Origin: Thermomicrobiales bacterium
Lineage (GTDB): Bacteria; Chloroflexota; Chloroflexia; Thermomicrobiales; JALYUS01
Length of the DNA: 40,006 nt
NCBI GenBank assembly: GCA_038230615.1
Contig: JBBRMX010000003.1
Location: forward strand, 1 to 40,006
Direction of reading: 5' to 3'
In this document: positions 1 through 9,428 of the stretch, in pieces
Position numbering within the stretch: position 1 is the first letter of the stretch
How the letters are laid out: each line of letters starts with the position of its first letter
Translations under genes and position numbers: made by a program
Notes under the pieces: generated by a model
Databases searched by the model: none
Seen by the model: only the letters and a program-made list of their open reading frames with translations
Told to the model about the DNA's origin: nothing

Positions 1-256
1 CACAGACCCATAGCCGCTGTGCGGCATCGGACTCGGCGGCGCGGAGTTTCACGAGCGCACCGGCGGGGCTGTCGCCTGCTTCGAGCAGATCAAGCCCAAC
101 GGTTCCCCAGTACGGATTGCCCGCTGCTTGCGTCGAAATCGCACCGACGCCTGCCCGGACATGCGGGCAGCGTGCGCCTACCGCGAGGCGACACGTTGAG
201 ACAGCGACGCCGAATTGCCCCGCCCCGTCGTCACGCGCCACGATGCTCCACGTCAT
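1..256 (-). CDS. DUF1028 family (Ntn-hydrolase-like) protein, partial (runs off window start)
   Basis: Not in ORF track. Manual translation from ATG at 256: MTWSIVARDDGAGQFGVAVSTCRLAVGARCPHVRAGVGAISTQ, matching the DUF1028 N-terminus pattern. Starts 5 nt after the purA stop. Confidence 0.85.
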   Translation of the reverse strand, partial: MTWSIVARDDGAGQFGVAVSTCRLAVGARCPHVRAGVGAISTQAAGNPYWGTVGLDLLEAGDSPAGALVKLRAAESDAAQRLWVC

Positions 257-261
257 TGCCG

Positions 262-1560
262 CTATGCCACTGGCACAGTGGCAAAGGAGCCACGCCGCAT
301 CAGTTGCTTGCGCTGCTGCCCGACACCGACGAGCACCACTTCCGCGCCGATGAGTTCCTCGATGCGAGCGATGTAGGCGCGGGCATTCGCGGGCAGATCG
401 TCCTCGGCACGCACGCCGCTCGTGTCGCTCTCCCAACCGGGCATCTCTTCCCAGATTGGCTCGATACGGGCAAATGTCTCCGCGAGCGTCGGCAGGGCGG
501 TGACGATCTCGCCATTCAGCCGGTAGCCAGTGCAGATTTTGAGTGTTGGAAACGCGCTCAGCACCCCAATGCCGTTGAGGGCGATCTTGGCGATGCCATT
601 GAGCCGCACAACGTATCGTGCCGCGACCGCATCGAACCAACCGGTGCGGCGGGGGCGTCCCGTCGTCGTGCCGTATTCACGCCCCAATTCGCGGATGCGG
701 TCGCCCGTTTCGTCGAACAGTTCCGTCGGGAAAGGGCCGGACCCGACGCGGGAGCAATACGCCTTGAAGACACCGAGCACTGTCGTCACTTGCTGTGGCG
801 CGACACCGACGCCGAGGCACGCCCCTGCCGCCGTCGGCGAGGACGATGTGACGAACGGGTACGTGCCGAAGTCGGGATCAAGCAATGCCGCCTGCGCCCC
901 CTCGATGAGGATATGCTGCCCCGCATCGAGGGCGTCCTGCAACAATATCTCGGTCTGGGTGACATAGGGGCGCATCCGTTCGCCGTAGCCAAGCATCTCC
1001 GCCACCAGCGGCTCCAACTCGAACGGCTCCGCGCCGAAGATATTCACGAACTGGTCGTTGCGGTACGGTAGCATATACGCAAGGCGGCTCCGCAGGGCTT
1101 CCTCATCGAGCAAATCCGCGACGCGAATACCGCTCCGTGCCATCTTATCCATGTACGCGGGGCCGATGCCGCGCCGCGTCGTCCCGATGGCTGCCTCGCC
1201 GCGCCGTTCTTCCTCCAGTGCATCGAGACGCGGGTGATACGGCATCACTACATGCGCCTTGTCGGAGATCCACAGGCGCGAGAGATCAATGCCGTTGGCG
1301 GTAAGACCGTCCATCTCGTTCAGTAGGGTTTGCGGCCCGATTACCATGCCGTTGCCGAGGACGCAAGTGATGCCGGGGGTGAAGATACCGGAAGGGATAA
1401 GATGCACCGCGAATGTGCCGCCGTCATTGATGACCGTATGCCCCGCATTGGAGCCGCCCGTTGCGCGGGCGACGATCTGCACATCTTTCGCCAGCGTATC
1501 GGTAATCTGCCCCTTGCCCTCATCGCCCCACTGCCCACCAAGCACAATCGTCACCGGCAT
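262..1560 (-). CDS. purA: Adenylosuccinate synthetase
   Basis: QWGDEGKG, GSNAGHT, GTTRRGIGPAY, EGAQ, GTYPFVTSS and TTTGRPRRTGWFD motifs. Start at MPVTIV with GAGGG upstream. Confidence 0.97.
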   Translation of the reverse strand: MPVTIVLGGQWGDEGKGQITDTLAKDVQIVARATGGSNAGHTVINDGGTFAVHLIPSGIFTPGITCVLGNGMVIGPQTLLNEMDGLTANGIDLSRLWISDKAHVVMPYHPRLDALEEERRGEAAIGTTRRGIGPAYMDKMARSGIRVADLLDEEALRSRLAYMLPYRNDQFVNIFGAEPFELEPLVAEMLGYGERMRPYVTQTEILLQDALDAGQHILIEGAQAALLDPDFGTYPFVTSSSPTAAGACLGVGVAPQQVTTVLGVFKAYCSRVGSGPFPTELFDETGDRIRELGREYGTTTGRPRRTGWFDAVAARYVVRLNGIAKIALNGIGVLSAFPTLKICTGYRLNGEIVTALPTLAETFARIEPIWEEMPGWESDTSGVRAEDDLPANARAYIARIEELIGAEVVLVGVGQQRKQLMRRGSFATVPVA

Positions 1561-1613
1561 ACGAATATCCCTCATGTGTTGCATATGAATGTCGCGGGGA
1601 TTTCTCCCGAACG

Positions 1614-1642
1614 AGTGTAGCCGAAACCCGCGTGTGCGGCAA
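1614..1642 (-). promoter_or_regulatory. Putative sigma70-type promoter for purA
   Basis: TTGCCG-N17-TACACT on the minus strand. Confidence 0.55.
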
Positions 1643-1681
1643 ATCTGCGGTATGCTCCGGGAGTACGGAAGGGGATTCTCG

Positions 1682-2464
1682 ATGCTACTCGCCGTGAATA
1701 TCAACAATACGCATGTCAAACTGGGGCTCTACGCCGATGACGCGGGCGACGATGCTCGCCCGCTGCAACTCTGGCGGGTCGCTACCGACCGCGCCCGCAC
1801 CGCCGATGAATGGTGGGTGCAACTAGCAACGCTGCTCACGACGGGCGGCTACGCGCCAGACCGCATCACGGCAGCAGTGATCGCTTCGGTCGTGCCACCG
1901 GTGACGGGACAATGGCGGGTGGTATGCGAACGACACCTCCGTATCGCGCCGCAAGTCGCAGACACCGCGAACAGTTCTGTTCGTATCGGCACTGACCGCC
2001 CTTCCGAGAATGGCGCGGACCGCGTGATGAATGTGCTTGGCGGCTATGCGCGCTATGGCGGCCCGCTTATCATCGTGGACCTCGGCACCGCGACGACCTT
2101 CGATTGCGTCAACGCAGCGGGCGACTTGATCGGCGGGGCAATCTCGCCGGGGTTGATGCTCTCGTTTGAGGCACTGGCGAGCCGCGCCGCACTGCTATTC
2201 ACAGTCGAGCTTGCACACCCGCCGCATGCCATCGGCACAAACACGGTAGATCAACTGAACAGCGGTGTCGTGCTCGGCTACACGTCACTCGTGGAGGGAT
2301 TGTGCGCCCGTCTCGCCCGCGAGATGGACGCTGCCGAGGGCGTACCGCGAATCATCGGCACGGGTGGCTTAGCACCGCTCATCGCGGGCGGCACTGACCT
2401 GTTCGCCGCCGTGGACGACGATTTGACGCTCTACGGCATGTATTTGCTGCACCGTCGGGGGTAG
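1682..2464 (+). CDS. coaX: Type III pantothenate kinase
   Basis: GADR, VDLGTATTFD, GGAISPG and GTGG motifs. The N-terminal motif reads VNINNT rather than hDhGNT. Confidence 0.92.
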   Translation: MLLAVNINNTHVKLGLYADDAGDDARPLQLWRVATDRARTADEWWVQLATLLTTGGYAPDRITAAVIASVVPPVTGQWRVVCERHLRIAPQVADTANSSVRIGTDRPSENGADRVMNVLGGYARYGGPLIIVDLGTATTFDCVNAAGDLIGGAISPGLMLSFEALASRAALLFTVELAHPPHAIGTNTVDQLNSGVVLGYTSLVEGLCARLAREMDAAEGVPRIIGTGGLAPLIAGGTDLFAAVDDDLTLYGMYLLHRRG

Positions 2465-2523
2465 GCAATCGCCCCGCCACTCGGTACACTTGTGTTACGT
2501 GGCACACTGAAGGAGCCTGACCG

Positions 2524-3177
2524 ATGGCAACGACGCGCCCCGCACAACCAACACAAGCCTTTCCTCTCCAAGCCGCCTCGCGGCTGGCGGGCGCGGCGTT
2601 GCTTGTCGGGCTGGTGGGGGTGTTGCTCGTCCATTATTTCGGGGCTGATGACGCGAGTTACAGCCCGCCCACAACCCCCGGCGACCGCGCCCCTGTTCGT
2701 GTCGGTGAACGTGCGCCGGATTTCACCCTGACCGACGCGCAAGGCAACCCCGTGACGCTCTCGAAGTATCGCGGGCAACCGGTTGTGCTCATCTTCTACC
2801 GGACATTTGGCTGAGCGCACTGTATGGCGCAGCTCGGTGGGCTGCAAGACGAATTGGGGGCGATCCGCAACATGGGCGGCGATGTCGTCGCCATTAGCGC
2901 GGACGATCAGCAGAGCTTGCGCCCCGGCGTAACAGGTGCGGCGGCGCACGGCATCGCCTTTGTTACCCTCTCCGATCCCAACCGCACCGCGATCCATGCG
3001 TATGGTCTGCTCAACCCGCAGGATGTGCTCGTACCCGTTGAGGGTGGTCTCGCCTACCCGACAACGCTCATTCTCGACCGAGACGGGGTCGTGCGCTGGC
3101 GGTATATCGGGCGCGATGTCGGCGACCGCCCCGAAACCGCAACCGTGCTGCGGGAACTGAAGCGATTGACGGGGTAA
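2524..3177 (+). CDS. Membrane-anchored peroxiredoxin-like (AhpC/TSA/redoxin) selenoprotein; in-frame TGA at 2812-2814 read as Sec (UxxC)
   Basis: ORFs 2524-2814 and 2824-3177 are in the same frame. Joined they read ...VGERAPDFTL...VVLIFYRTFG-U-AHC-MAQL...AISAD...PTTLILDRDGVVRW, a complete thioredoxin-fold Prx-like domain after an N-terminal hydrophobic helix. Confidence 0.85.
2829..2845 (+). promoter_or_regulatory. Candidate bacterial SECIS hairpin
   Basis: GCAGCTC-GGT-GGGCTGC: 7-bp stem, G-initiated apical loop separated from the TGA by 21 nt. Confidence 0.65.
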
Positions 3178-3228
3178 ATCTGCCCGCGCCGCCTTCCCGA
3201 AGCGAGAAAGCGGCGGGAGCGGAAGATG

Positions 3229-4329
3229 CTAATCCCCCAAAAATTCGAGATCGTGCGTCCCAATGCCGCGTGCGATGGCTTCCGCGAGCAGCAGTGCGTG
3301 CGCGGCATCGTTCAGATCGAGCATTTCGACGGGCGAATGCGAGTAACGGCGGGCAAGATTGAGGGTTGCGATTGGAATGCCGCCGCGCACACGATGCATC
3401 GTTGCGGCATCGGTGTTCGCGCCGGGAAGCACGATAGGTTGCAGCGGGATTCCCTCGCGCTCTGCAGTATCAGTGACGAGGCGTACCATTTGCGGCGGCA
3501 TGAGATGCCCACTCCCGCCCCCGCCCGATAGGAGCCGCAACACTGGCCCCGCCCCGATGCGGGCATTGAGATCGAGCAGCAAACTGAGGTCGGGCGTATC
3601 GCCGGAGGGCATCGTGTCAATCACGATGGCATAATCGGGGTTCATACGGTACGCCAGCACTTCCGCACCGCGCAACCCGACTTCCTCCTGCACCGCCACC
3701 GCGCATGTCAGTGTGCCGCCGAGCGCAACGCCCTGTAGCCGTTCCAGCAGATGCACGAGGATGGCGCACGAGATGCGGTTGTCTACCGCTTTGCCGTACA
3801 CGCGGTCGCCGTTTGTCAGTTCGTCGAGCGGGGCATCGTAGGTGATCTGTGTGCCGGTACGAATGCCGAGGGCGGTCACCTCGTCGCGGCTGTCGTAGCC
3901 GGCATCAATATATAAGTCGCGGATGCGCGGCACACGCAATTGCTCATCGGCGGACTGTAAATGCCCCGATTTGATACCGACAATCCCCGGCACACCGCCG
4001 ACGCGCACCTTGCGCCCGACAAGCAGCGTCTCCACTACGCCACCGTTCTTGGCGAAGCGGATTTTTCCGTCCGCATCCACTACCGTAACCAAGCCACCGA
4101 TCTCATCGGAGTGCGCCGCGATGAGCAGATGTGGGCCGCCCGCCGCGCCGTGCTTGGTCGCAAGCACATTGCCCATCCGATCCACCGTCACCTCGTCCAC
4201 GAGCGGCGCGAGACGGTCGCGGAGCCAGCGTACTACCGCCGTTTCCTGCCCCGCGACGCCATCGAGCGCGGTCAGTGCGCGCAAAGTTTCCTTGATCTGT
4301 CCCTTCAGTGCCGCGTCTGCCTGCTTCAT
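3229..4329 (-). CDS. M42 family metallo-aminopeptidase
   Basis: AAHSDEIG, KAVDNR, VQEEVGLRGA and RYSHSPVE motifs. Confidence 0.92.
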   Translation of the reverse strand: MKQADAALKGQIKETLRALTALDGVAGQETAVVRWLRDRLAPLVDEVTVDRMGNVLATKHGAAGGPHLLIAAHSDEIGGLVTVVDADGKIRFAKNGGVVETLLVGRKVRVGGVPGIVGIKSGHLQSADEQLRVPRIRDLYIDAGYDSRDEVTALGIRTGTQITYDAPLDELTNGDRVYGKAVDNRISCAILVHLLERLQGVALGGTLTCAVAVQEEVGLRGAEVLAYRMNPDYAIVIDTMPSGDTPDLSLLLDLNARIGAGPVLRLLSGGGGSGHLMPPQMVRLVTDTAEREGIPLQPIVLPGANTDAATMHRVRGGIPIATLNLARRYSHSPVEMLDLNDAAHALLLAEAIARGIGTHDLEFLGD

Positions 4330-4407
4330 GCATCCCCCCGTTTAATGTCCGGCAATCGTTCGCAGCAAGCATACCGCAACACCGCACGCTTTCGGGAGGC
4401 ATCGCCT

Positions 4408-5691
4408 CTACGACGGGACGATTTCACTGATCTGCTTGCCGAAGACCGCTTGTTGGAGCCACATCGCGACAGGCTGGAGCCGGATCACTCCCCATACTAC
4501 GAAGATCGCTGCCAACTGCACAAACCCCGTTACGAACGACGACGCGGTCGCCTCAGAACCGACGAATGCAGGCGCGATCTTGGTGAGCAATGCGACGATA
4601 AATAGATGCGTCATGTACGAACCGAGCGCGTGCTGACCGAGCGGCAGCACGAACCAGCCAAACAATTTCACCAGCGGGTTCCACAGCACCGTGACGAGCG
4701 AGTATGCGAAGACCATGAAAAGGGCGAAGACCACGAGCCGACCGCCGCGCACACCGTCCTTCTCGAACAGCCAACGATTGACGGTCGCCATGTCGTGCCA
4801 CGGGGTGATACGAGTGAGCAGTGCGAGATCGGTCGCGTAGAGCCAGACCGCAACACCAAGCACCGCCCCCGACGCCGCGAGAATGCGCCAGATTGGCACC
4901 TCGACAAGCCGCTTCTGGATCGCCTTCCGGTGAAAGCCGATCACCAATCCATTGATGAAGAAAATCTGCCATGCCGGAAAATGAAAGACGTTGTTATCCT
5001 GAATTTCCCACGGGAACGATGCCTGCGCGGGTGCGAACTGCCACAATGCCCACAACCCCCACGACGCCGCAAGCACGACTTTTGTCTCGCCGTGCTCCAT
5101 CAACAGGAGCGCGGGACCGGCGGCAAGCACGAGCAATACATAGAGGAGCAGTACGTCGGTGAGGTAATACGCCCGGTGCAACGTAATCAATCCCACAATG
5201 AAATTCGTCTTCCCGCCTGCAGCGTCGAGATCGGGTGCCCACGGCAGATTGAGTAGATACGAAACGAGCGCGAATGCCAGCGAGAGGGCCGTTGTGAAGA
5301 TGTAGAGTGTAAAAACGCGCTTCAAGGCTTTCGTCAGGGCGGCATCCACTCCTGCACGGTTTATCAGCGAGAACTCGACGATGCCGAAGACGAGACCGGA
5401 AATAAAGACGAAGACCTCTGCCGCCGACACGAAAAAACGGTTGCCGCCCGTGAAATAGTACATCCACGATTGCGCCCCGCCGACATGATCCGTCACCATC
5501 GCCATCACCGCGAGACCACGCAGGAAGTCGAACCGCAGATCGCGCTTGCCGCCCTCATACCGCCACGCGCCGACAAGCCCTTGCCACGACGGTAGAGGCG
5601 CGGCAGGGGCGTTGGAATCGTCTGCGAGGTTCCCACCTGCAAAATCTCCGTCGGTCATGTCGCCATCAGGTACACGGATCGTTGTCGTCAT
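4408..5691 (-). CDS. OpgC-domain multi-pass membrane protein (putative glucan acyltransferase)
   Basis: RDLRFDFLRGLA, SAAEVFVFISG, WQIFF and LGQHAL motifs; many hydrophobic helices; GAGGGGG RBS. Confidence 0.82.
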   Translation of the reverse strand: MTTTIRVPDGDMTDGDFAGGNLADDSNAPAAPLPSWQGLVGAWRYEGGKRDLRFDFLRGLAVMAMVTDHVGGAQSWMYYFTGGNRFFVSAAEVFVFISGLVFGIVEFSLINRAGVDAALTKALKRVFTLYIFTTALSLAFALVSYLLNLPWAPDLDAAGGKTNFIVGLITLHRAYYLTDVLLLYVLLVLAAGPALLLMEHGETKVVLAASWGLWALWQFAPAQASFPWEIQDNNVFHFPAWQIFFINGLVIGFHRKAIQKRLVEVPIWRILAASGAVLGVAVWLYATDLALLTRITPWHDMATVNRWLFEKDGVRGGRLVVFALFMVFAYSLVTVLWNPLVKLFGWFVLPLGQHALGSYMTHLFIVALLTKIAPAFVGSEATASSFVTGFVQLAAIFVVWGVIRLQPVAMWLQQAVFGKQISEIVPS

Positions 5692-5797
5692 GGCGATATT
5701 CCCCCTCATCTCCCCGCATGTGCCGCGCACACGCACCGCCCGTTTCCGTCCCGCTGTACGCACGAACGGTGCCGCCCTCGTCATGCGCGATCACCAA

Positions 5798-5826
5798 TTG
5801 ACAATACACCGAATATCCTCCATACT
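5798..5826 (+). promoter_or_regulatory. Putative sigma70-type promoter upstream of the EF-G paralogue
   Basis: TTGACA-N17-CATACT. Confidence 0.55.
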
Positions 5827-6058
5827 GCCAGACACCGATACAAGCCGCCGGACCTACGCGAGTGTTCCGGCAACCATTTCCTACTATTCCGGGTATGCGG
5901 CGCGAACGGCACGCAGTATGTGCATATTGTCCGCGCTCCCGGCGACGTTTCCCCGCACGAACGGGAGTAGTCGCCGTACCCACCGGCCACGGTGCCGGTG
6001 TCCGTTGCCCGGAGCGGCACAGTTCGCTCCGGGTCTGCATCTGTCGGAGGTATCCGCG

Positions 6059-8140
6059 ATGAAACAGTACTCCCCCTCACGGATTCGCAATGTGGTCCTT
6101 CTCGCCCACGGTGGCGCAGGGAAGACATCGCTTGCCGAGGCAATGCTGTTTACCGCGAAGACGATCAACCGCCTCGGTAGGGTAGAAGACGGCACCACGC
6201 TCTCCGACTGGGACGCCGACGAAATCAAGCGGCACATCTCCGTGAGCACGAGCGTCTTGCCGCTGGAATGGCGCGACCACAAAATCAACCTGCTCGACGC
6301 TCCCGGCTACGATGATTTCGTCGGAGAGACTCGCTCGGCGGCGCGTGCGGCGGATGCCGCGCTCATTGTGCTCTGTGCTGCCTCCGGCGTGGAGGTTGGC
6401 ACCGAACGAGCGTGGGCATTGGCGGACGAGGCGAAATTGCCCCGTATCGTCTTCGTGAACAAACTCGAACGCGAAAACGCCAACTTCGAGCGCACCTATG
6501 CCGATAGTCGCGCCGCCTTCGGGAGCAGCGTTGTCGCGCTGCATCTCCCCATCGGCACCGAGGCAACATTCGCGGGGTATGTAGATGTGCTTTCACGCAC
6601 CGCCTTCGCGCCAGACGGTACGCCATCCGCCGCGATCCCCGCTGCTATGACGGATGCCGTCGAGACCGCGCGGCAGGCACTCGTCGAAAAAATTGCCGAG
6701 ACCGACGACGCGCTCCTCGAACGCTTCCTCCTCGATGAGCCGATCAGCGAGGACGGATTGCGAGCGGCATTGCGTGTCGCAGTGGCGGGCGGGCAGATCG
6801 TCCCGCTGCTCGTCGGTGCCGCGACGAAAGCGGCATGCATTTCGGCACTGCTCGATACACTCGTGACGCTGCTCCCCGGCGCGGAGACCGCCCGTATCAC
6901 GGGGCTGGCAAGCGACGCTGCCCTGCATCTCACCGTCTCCCCGACCGAACCCGTTACTGCCCTCGTCTTTAAGACCGTCGCCGACCCATACGTTGGCAAA
7001 CTGACCTACTTTCGCGTCTACACTGGCACGATGCGGACGAACAGCAACCTGCTCGATCCCAACCGCAGCAAAGGCGAACACATCGGGCAACTCTATCTCG
7101 TGCGCGGCAAGGAGCAGATCGCGGTCGGGGAAGTCGGCCCCGGCGACATCGGCGCGGTGGCGAAACTGGCGGAAGCCGCCACCGGCGATACGCTCTGCGT
7201 CCCGGAACACCCCGTGACACTCGACGGCGTTCACTTCCCGCACCCGTCGTACACGGTGGCGGTGCGCCCCCGCAGCAAGGGCGACCTCGACAAACTCGGC
7301 ACCAGCCTGCATCGCCTTCTGGAAGAAGACCCTTCCCTGCAAATCGCCCGCGACCCCGTCACCGGGGACATGCTTGTGAGCGGTATGGGCGATTCGCATG
7401 TGCAGATCGCCACCGAACGGATGGCACGGAAGTTCGGCGTCAATGTCGAACTCGATCTTCCCACCGTGCCGTACCGCGAGACAATTCAAGGCACTGCCAC
7501 CGTCACGAGCCGCCACAAAAAACAAACGGGCGGTCACGGGCAATTTGCGGAGGTCGTGCTGACCATCGAGCCGGACACCGAACACGACTTCGAGTTCCGT
7601 GATGTCGTCGTCGGGGGAAGCGTACCGCGCAACTTCATCCCCGCCGTCGAGAAGGGCATCCGCGAGACACTGCACGAAGGCTCGCTCGCGGGCTTTCCGG
7701 TTGCAAATGTGCGTGTGACACTCTCGGACGGCAAGTATCATCCCGTGGATTCCTCCGAGATGGCGTTCAAAATCGCTGGATCACAGGGGTTCAAGGAGGC
7801 GGCACAGAAAGCCCATCCCGTGCTGATGGAGCCGGTTTATCATCTCGAAATCATCGTACCGGATGCCTTCGCGGGCGATATCATGAGCGACCTGAACGGC
7901 AAACGCGCCCGCGTTCGTGGCATGACGCCAAACCGGGGCTTCACCACCATCGAAGCGGACGCGCCACTCGCGGAGGTGCAGCGGTACGCCACCGATCTGC
8001 GCTCGATCACGCAGGGGCGCGGCTCCTTTGCGATGCGCTTCGACCACTACGAGCAGGTTCCCGCGCATTTGCAGGATGCCGTCATCAAACACGCCCTCTT
8101 GCGCCGCGATGGTCTCGGTCACGCCCACGCCGGACGGTAA
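6059..8140 (+). CDS. fusA: Elongation factor G-like protein (EF-G2-type paralogue)
   Basis: AHGGAGKT, DAPGYDDF, NKLE, KKQTGGHGQF, YHPVDSSEMAFK and DLRSITQGRG motifs. Outside the str operon; PGY instead of PGH indicates the paralogue. GGAGG RBS. Confidence 0.92.
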   Translation: MKQYSPSRIRNVVLLAHGGAGKTSLAEAMLFTAKTINRLGRVEDGTTLSDWDADEIKRHISVSTSVLPLEWRDHKINLLDAPGYDDFVGETRSAARAADAALIVLCAASGVEVGTERAWALADEAKLPRIVFVNKLERENANFERTYADSRAAFGSSVVALHLPIGTEATFAGYVDVLSRTAFAPDGTPSAAIPAAMTDAVETARQALVEKIAETDDALLERFLLDEPISEDGLRAALRVAVAGGQIVPLLVGAATKAACISALLDTLVTLLPGAETARITGLASDAALHLTVSPTEPVTALVFKTVADPYVGKLTYFRVYTGTMRTNSNLLDPNRSKGEHIGQLYLVRGKEQIAVGEVGPGDIGAVAKLAEAATGDTLCVPEHPVTLDGVHFPHPSYTVAVRPRSKGDLDKLGTSLHRLLEEDPSLQIARDPVTGDMLVSGMGDSHVQIATERMARKFGVNVELDLPTVPYRETIQGTATVTSRHKKQTGGHGQFAEVVLTIEPDTEHDFEFRDVVVGGSVPRNFIPAVEKGIRETLHEGSLAGFPVANVRVTLSDGKYHPVDSSEMAFKIAGSQGFKEAAQKAHPVLMEPVYHLEIIVPDAFAGDIMSDLNGKRARVRGMTPNRGFTTIEADAPLAEVQRYATDLRSITQGRGSFAMRFDHYEQVPAHLQDAVIKHALLRRDGLGHAHAGR

Positions 8141-8184
8141 GCAGCGAAGACTGAGAAGACTTAAACAGAGCAACGCATCGTGTT

Positions 8185-8218
8185 CCCCTTCCGCTATTGT
8201 GTGGGAGGGGCTTTTTTT
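8185..8218 (+). terminator. Rho-independent terminator
   Basis: CCCCTTCCGC/GTGGGAGGGG stem followed by C and T7. Confidence 0.8.
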
Positions 8219-8277
8219 GCCGCACAGCCGCTATACTGCGGCACACGGAGCGTTGCAATGAGATGGGGAGAGACGAG

Positions 8278-8709
8278 ATGACACCGGAACAAGAATGCGC
8301 ACTAATCGCCGCCGCCACCGACGCGCGCACCCGCGCCTACGTGCCGTACTCGCATTACGCAGTGGGGGCGGCAATTCTGACGGCAGATGGGCAAGTGCAT
8401 CAGGGATGTAATATCGAAAATGCCTCGTATGGTCTCACCTCGTGCGCTGAGCGCAACGCGATTTTCGGGTTAGTCGGCACGTCGGACGATCCCGCCGCCC
8501 GCCGCATCCGTGCCGTTGTCGTCGTCACGGCGGGGCAGGACCCTGCGACACCGTGTGGGGCATGCCGGCAAGTCATCCGCGAGTTCGGCAAGGACGCTGC
8601 AATCATTATCGCCAACACCGCAGGCGAGGTTTTCCTGCGGACGTCGCTGCCGGAGTTGCTGCCGCATTCGTTTGGACCGGAACAACTCGAATCCTCTAAC
8701 GATAACTGA
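8278..8709 (+). CDS. cdd: Cytidine deaminase (homotetrameric type)
   Basis: AYVPYSHYAVGAA, GCNIENASY, CAERNA and PCGACRQ motifs. Confidence 0.95.
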   Translation: MTPEQECALIAAATDARTRAYVPYSHYAVGAAILTADGQVHQGCNIENASYGLTSCAERNAIFGLVGTSDDPAARRIRAVVVVTAGQDPATPCGACRQVIREFGKDAAIIIANTAGEVFLRTSLPELLPHSFGPEQLESSNDN

Positions 8710-8827
8710 CCATGACCACGACACGCCGCGACGCACGACGGGATGATTCGCGCCCTATCCGGTGTTACGGCACAGCAAGGCACGCGGGCAGTCCGCGCCG
8801 CCGACCGACGGGAAGGACATGCGACCA

Positions 8828-9238
8828 ATGGCAGAGACATTCGCAGGCTTTACGGACAAACAACGGGCATTCCTCAACACGCCGCTCTATGGCACCATCG
8901 GCACGTACCGCAGCGACGGCACGGTGTCGCTTTTTACCGTCTGGTATGATCTCGACGGCGACACTATTTGGTTCATCACACAGCCCGGTGTGGCGAAAAT
9001 TCGCCGCCTCACGCACGATCCGCGCATCGCATTTCATATCGTCGGGCAGAGCGGCTTCCCGTATCTCGCCGTGAACGGGACCGCAACCGTGACGATGGCG
9101 ACGGATATGCAGCCCCGCATCCACATGGCGACGCGCTATCTCGGCGAAGAAGGTGCGAAGGGATGGCTGGCACAAAACCCCGGCAACATCCCCGCTATCA
9201 TCCGCATTACGACCGAGCGCGTCGGCGGGTTGGGGTAA
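8828..9238 (+). CDS. PPOX-class (putative F420-dependent) oxidoreductase
   Basis: GTYRSDG..VWY and KIRRLTHDPRIA split-barrel pattern. Confidence 0.8.
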   Translation: MAETFAGFTDKQRAFLNTPLYGTIGTYRSDGTVSLFTVWYDLDGDTIWFITQPGVAKIRRLTHDPRIAFHIVGQSGFPYLAVNGTATVTMATDMQPRIHMATRYLGEEGAKGWLAQNPGNIPAIIRITTERVGGLG

Positions 9239-9272
9239 TACCCCCCCCGACAGCACCTACTCACGCATACCA

Positions 9273-9315
9273 ATTGAACGTATCCCGCCACACGCGGGAT
9301 ACGTTCGGTCATTTT
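9273..9315 (+). terminator. Strong hairpin, probable terminator
   Basis: Perfect 13-bp inverted repeat GAACGTATCCCGC/GCGGGATACGTTC followed by a short T run. Confidence 0.65.
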
Positions 9316-9428
9316 GCTGTTCCTTCATACTGCTGCTGTGGGATCGCCACCAACCCCGCAATGTCGTGGCACACAGTTTGCATTCCGAAAGGATAGCGAT
9401 GACTGCTTTGTACACGGAGGAACGACGC

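Noticed and set aside
1500-1530. PurA GDEGKGQ instead of GDEGKGK
   Set aside because: A single substitution with all other motifs intact; no basis for altered function
2524-2814. Pseudogene or two-gene reading of the Prx-like locus
   Set aside because: The only stop is a TGA at the redox-Cys position, followed by a SECIS-like hairpin, and the second ORF has no RBS; Sec readthrough fits better
9241-9248. C8 homopolymer
   Set aside because: Lies just after a stop codon and before a terminator-like hairpin; no evident effect
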